Source: a virus (taxonomy: Duplodnaviria; Caudoviricetes). Taken from it: a DNA stretch of 63,304 nucleotides. Below the pieces are notes generated by a model. The model saw only the letters and a list, made by a program, of their open reading frames with translations, made no database searches and was not told where the DNA came from. A program made the position numbers and the translations under genes. Shown here piece after piece: positions 60,478-63,304 of the stretch. Every line of letters begins with the position of its first letter. Position 1 is the stretch's first letter. The stretch lies in IMG/VR virus record IMGVR_UViG_3300035126_000079, positions 1 through 63,304 of that record; one strand, given 5' to 3'.

Positions 60478-63304
60478 ATGGCAAAAGACGAATGGTCGGT
60501 TGTTTCCGAAACTCCAGTCGGTGCAGCCGATAGTTCTGGCTGGGAAGTTGCGTCTGAAACTCCTATTGCCGCTGCCCCTGCCGTTGCCCCTACGCAACAA
60601 ATGACGCCCCAGCAGATGGAGCGTTTTGTAAAACCTGCGCAACCAGTACAGCAAACGCCAGCGGCTCAGCCTTTCTTGCCCCCACCCGTGCCTAAAGCGG
60701 AGCCTGACAGAAGTTTTTCTCCTCTTGAAGAAGCTAAAAAAGGCGCAGTTGGCGCGGCTACTGTTGGCATCCCAAGCTCGGTTGAGCAGTTTAAATTAGC
60801 CGGTAGTGCTGAAGTTCTTGGTAACACCATCCAACGCTTAGAGTTGCTGGACAAGATTGATAAAGGGGAAATTAAATCTCCTAACGAGTTACCTCGTGAC
60901 CCACAAGCACGTATGTATTTTGCCTCTAACCCAGAGGTGCGTGGCCGACTGCGTCAAGCAATTAATAATGACCTAACCAAAGATCAAACATTTGTAAACA
61001 CCTCTCTTGGTTTACTTGAGCAATACAAGCGTGAAGGTAAGAAATACGAAGGCCGCCAAGAGAAAGTGCTAGAGAGCGAAAGCGCCGCAGACTTTGGTAA
61101 TTGGCTGTCTAAAAACATTGGCTCGGGCGCTGTCTACGCTATACCTTCTATCATTGCCGCTATTACCGCAAAACAACCGGGTCTGCTAACTGTCGGCACG
61201 GGTATGGGTTATACCGAGGCGGTTAACAATCGTCTAGATGCACTGGCCAAGGAACTGCAAACCCTACCGCCTGAGCAAAGAGCCGCTCGTGTAGCTCAAA
61301 GGCTACAAGAAACTAACGATGTAAACACAGCCATTGCTGTAGCTTCTGGTGCACTAGATACAGTGCTTGGCCCTGCCGCTTCTATTGCTAAGCAAGGCAT
61401 TAAGAGCTCAATCCAAGGCATGGGCCGTAGGGGTGCGGCCAAAGAAGCTATTAAAGAACTGCCTAAACAAGCTGGGCAAGAGTTTGTAGCTGGTAGCGCT
61501 CAAGAAGCCGCGCAAATTGCGGGTAAAGTTAATGTTGGCGAGCGCGATAAGTTTGCCACAATGGAGACCGCCAAAGATGTTTTGGAATCTGGACTCGCCG
61601 AAGCCGCTGGTTCTCTTGGCCCAACCGCTGGTATGGGCGCACTGCGTGTAGCTGCAACACCAAAAGCTGAAGCACCTGTTACGGAAAAAGTTGAACCTAC
61701 TTTAGACCCATGGACGGTAGAAGAAGAAACCCCCCTAGCTCCTGTTAATAAGCGCCAAGCACTCAAAGATGCTTTAGCTAAACGCATGAAGCCTGCGGTA
61801 GAAGAACAACCTGCGGCAGAGGTACAACCTGCGCCCCCTACGGTGGTATCGGAAGCTGCTCCTACTGAAGTAACTCCAGAAGTACAACCTGCGCCCTCCC
61901 CAGAGCTTGAAGCACTTGTAGCAAAATACAAGAAGCGGGGCTACATGCCCGAAGACGCCGCTACACTAGCGCGTAACGAGATTGAGGAAGCAAATGCGCC
62001 TATTGAAGAGGGAGCAAAAGATGTTACAGAACCTATCAGTAAAGCAGGTGGAGAGAGCCCTGCGCTACCTGCACAATCAGCCGACAACGTTCCCGCCACC
62101 ACAGGAGTTGGAGAAGCTAAACGAGATGGAGTGGTTCCTGTTAGAGCGGATGTTGCAAAGCCTGTTGAAAGAGAAAGAGCTAAGCCCGTTGCAGTAACAG
62201 ACGCAGATATAACGGACACTGTAAAGTATTATGAAAAACGAAATGAATTTCTTAAACAGCTTGATGAAGCAAGCGAAGAAAGCTCGGCTCTATTAGACAA
62301 ACTAATTGATTTAGATAGTGTTCGCGCAGCAGACGTTTTAGACGACAATGGCAAACCGTTAGTTCTTGATGAAAACGGTAACTATGATTCAGACAAAAAA
62401 TACGAAGCTGTAAAAACTTTAGAAGCCAAGCGTAATGAGGCTTCAGCTAAATTTGATGCTGCTATTCAACAACTTGATGAACTTGATGCCGCTAGAGAAG
62501 TAGCAAAGAAAACCCTTGTAGAAACTAAAGGAGCCGACGTTGGCACTAAGACCCCTAAAACCGTCCAAACAAAAGAAGAAGGACAAAAAGCACCAGCAGC
62601 CGGAGCAGTAACCGGCAAGCAACGTGGTCGGCCAAAGGCTGACATTACTGAAGAGAAGCGTGCGGAGAAAGAAAAAGCTCGTACCGAAGGCCGTGCTGAG
62701 TACATGAAGGGCGAGCGTGCTCTACCTAAACTTCAGACCCAACTGGAAGAAGCCGCTACCCCTGTTGACGAGACTAAGTTTGCCGACGACTTAGATTTAA
62801 CAGTTGCCCAAGACGAGAAGCGTGCGCTTAAGCGAGACACCATCAATGCAATGATGGACTTGGAAACTAAGCACCGTGGTACTGCTCTGGGTAAACGGGT
62901 CAAAGCCGCACTTGCTGATCGCACAAAGATTTCTCAAAGAGACTATGACGATGTGCAGGCTGGGCGCAAGTACAAATCTCAAGAGCGCGTAAACAAAAGC
63001 TCTGCAAGTAACGAAGAAGTCGAAGCCGCAGACGAAGGGTTTAAGAAAGCTAAGAACGCCGCGCAAGCTGTGGGTCAAGTCATTAAGACGGGAACTGGCA
63101 TGCAAAAGTTCTTGGCCAAGCGCCTTCGTGGGCTGGTCAATGGCGTTAAGTTTGTCGTAGTCGAAGAGACCGACCCCTTACCAGAACAACTGTCCCGCCA
63201 TCAAGAGGCTTGGGGCAATGACAACTCCCGTGCTCGTGGTGTGTATTTTGAGAACACAGCTACCGGTGAAAAGATTATCTACGTGCGCGGTTCTAGCGCG
63301 GGTG
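60478..63304 (+). CDS. N-terminal part of the giant polyvalent protein (absent from the ORF track, presumably because no stop is reached in the window)
   Basis: ATG 60478 (MAKDEWSVVSE...) is in frame with the terminal repeat and with 3-3587; joined length 6285 nt, 2094 aa. Confidence 0.85.
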   Translation, partial: MAKDEWSVVSETPVGAADSSGWEVASETPIAAAPAVAPTQQMTPQQMERFVKPAQPVQQTPAAQPFLPPPVPKAEPDRSFSPLEEAKKGAVGAATVGIPSSVEQFKLAGSAEVLGNTIQRLELLDKIDKGEIKSPNELPRDPQARMYFASNPEVRGRLRQAINNDLTKDQTFVNTSLGLLEQYKREGKKYEGRQEKVLESESAADFGNWLSKNIGSGAVYAIPSIIAAITAKQPGLLTVGTGMGYTEAVNNRLDALAKELQTLPPEQRAARVAQRLQETNDVNTAIAVASGALDTVLGPAASIAKQGIKSSIQGMGRRGAAKEAIKELPKQAGQEFVAGSAQEAAQIAGKVNVGERDKFATMETAKDVLESGLAEAAGSLGPTAGMGALRVAATPKAEAPVTEKVEPTLDPWTVEEETPLAPVNKRQALKDALAKRMKPAVEEQPAAEVQPAPPTVVSEAAPTEVTPEVQPAPSPELEALVAKYKKRGYMPEDAATLARNEIEEANAPIEEGAKDVTEPISKAGGESPALPAQSADNVPATTGVGEAKRDGVVPVRADVAKPVERERAKPVAVTDADITDTVKYYEKRNEFLKQLDEASEESSALLDKLIDLDSVRAADVLDDNGKPLVLDENGNYDSDKKYEAVKTLEAKRNEASAKFDAAIQQLDELDAAREVAKKTLVETKGADVGTKTPKTVQTKEEGQKAPAAGAVTGKQRGRPKADITEEKRAEKEKARTEGRAEYMKGERALPKLQTQLEEAATPVDETKFADDLDLTVAQDEKRALKRDTINAMMDLETKHRGTALGKRVKAALADRTKISQRDYDDVQAGRKYKSQERVNKSSASNEEVEAADEGFKKAKNAAQAVGQVIKTGTGMQKFLAKRLRGLVNGVKFVVVEETDPLPEQLSRHQEAWGNDNSRARGVYFENTATGEKIIYVRGSSAG
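63176..63304. repeat. Terminal direct repeat, right copy
   Basis: Matches 1-129 with one mismatch. Confidence 0.95.

Overview
The window is an essentially complete, circularly permuted tailed-phage genome of about 63.2 kb. Bases 4-129 recur exactly at 63179-63304, which is best explained as an assembly overlap. The layout is P22-like podovirus: portal, gp10-like tail hub, giant internal/ejection proteins and no tape measure. A betaproteobacterial host is inferred from an RpoD-like fragment. There are two arms. The minus-strand arm (25.9 to 3.7 kb) carries small early genes, a MoxR AAA/vWA-peptidase/DUF3150-like cluster, glutaredoxin, a DUF3310 protein, VRR-NUC, Leu762 PolA, a sigma70 region-4-only protein, a Cas4-like nuclease, HNH, an SNF2 helicase, a putative SSB and a primase-helicase. 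The plus-strand arm (26.35 kb, wrapping round to 3.6 kb) carries terminase, portal, GroES, scaffold, capsid, tail, lysis and ejection genes. It ends in a ~2094-aa polyvalent protein (HExxH + PLxRFG) that is split by the contig ends. I recognised no integrase, tRNA or CRISPR array. The most notable unexplained signals are: (1) 16 copies of the palindrome (CC)TAACA[A/T]TGTTA(GG), seen only in 14.2-26.0 kb, lying inside genes, over start codons and RBSs and beside promoters, like a stoperator network; (2) three structured RNA leaders that begin at predicted transcription starts, two with pseudoknot pairings; (3) a sigma70 region-4 mimic together with a distinct 16-bp-spacer promoter class; (4) a recurrent [FYML]xxGG motif across many late proteins. 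All family assignments come from motif recognition by eye, not from database searches.
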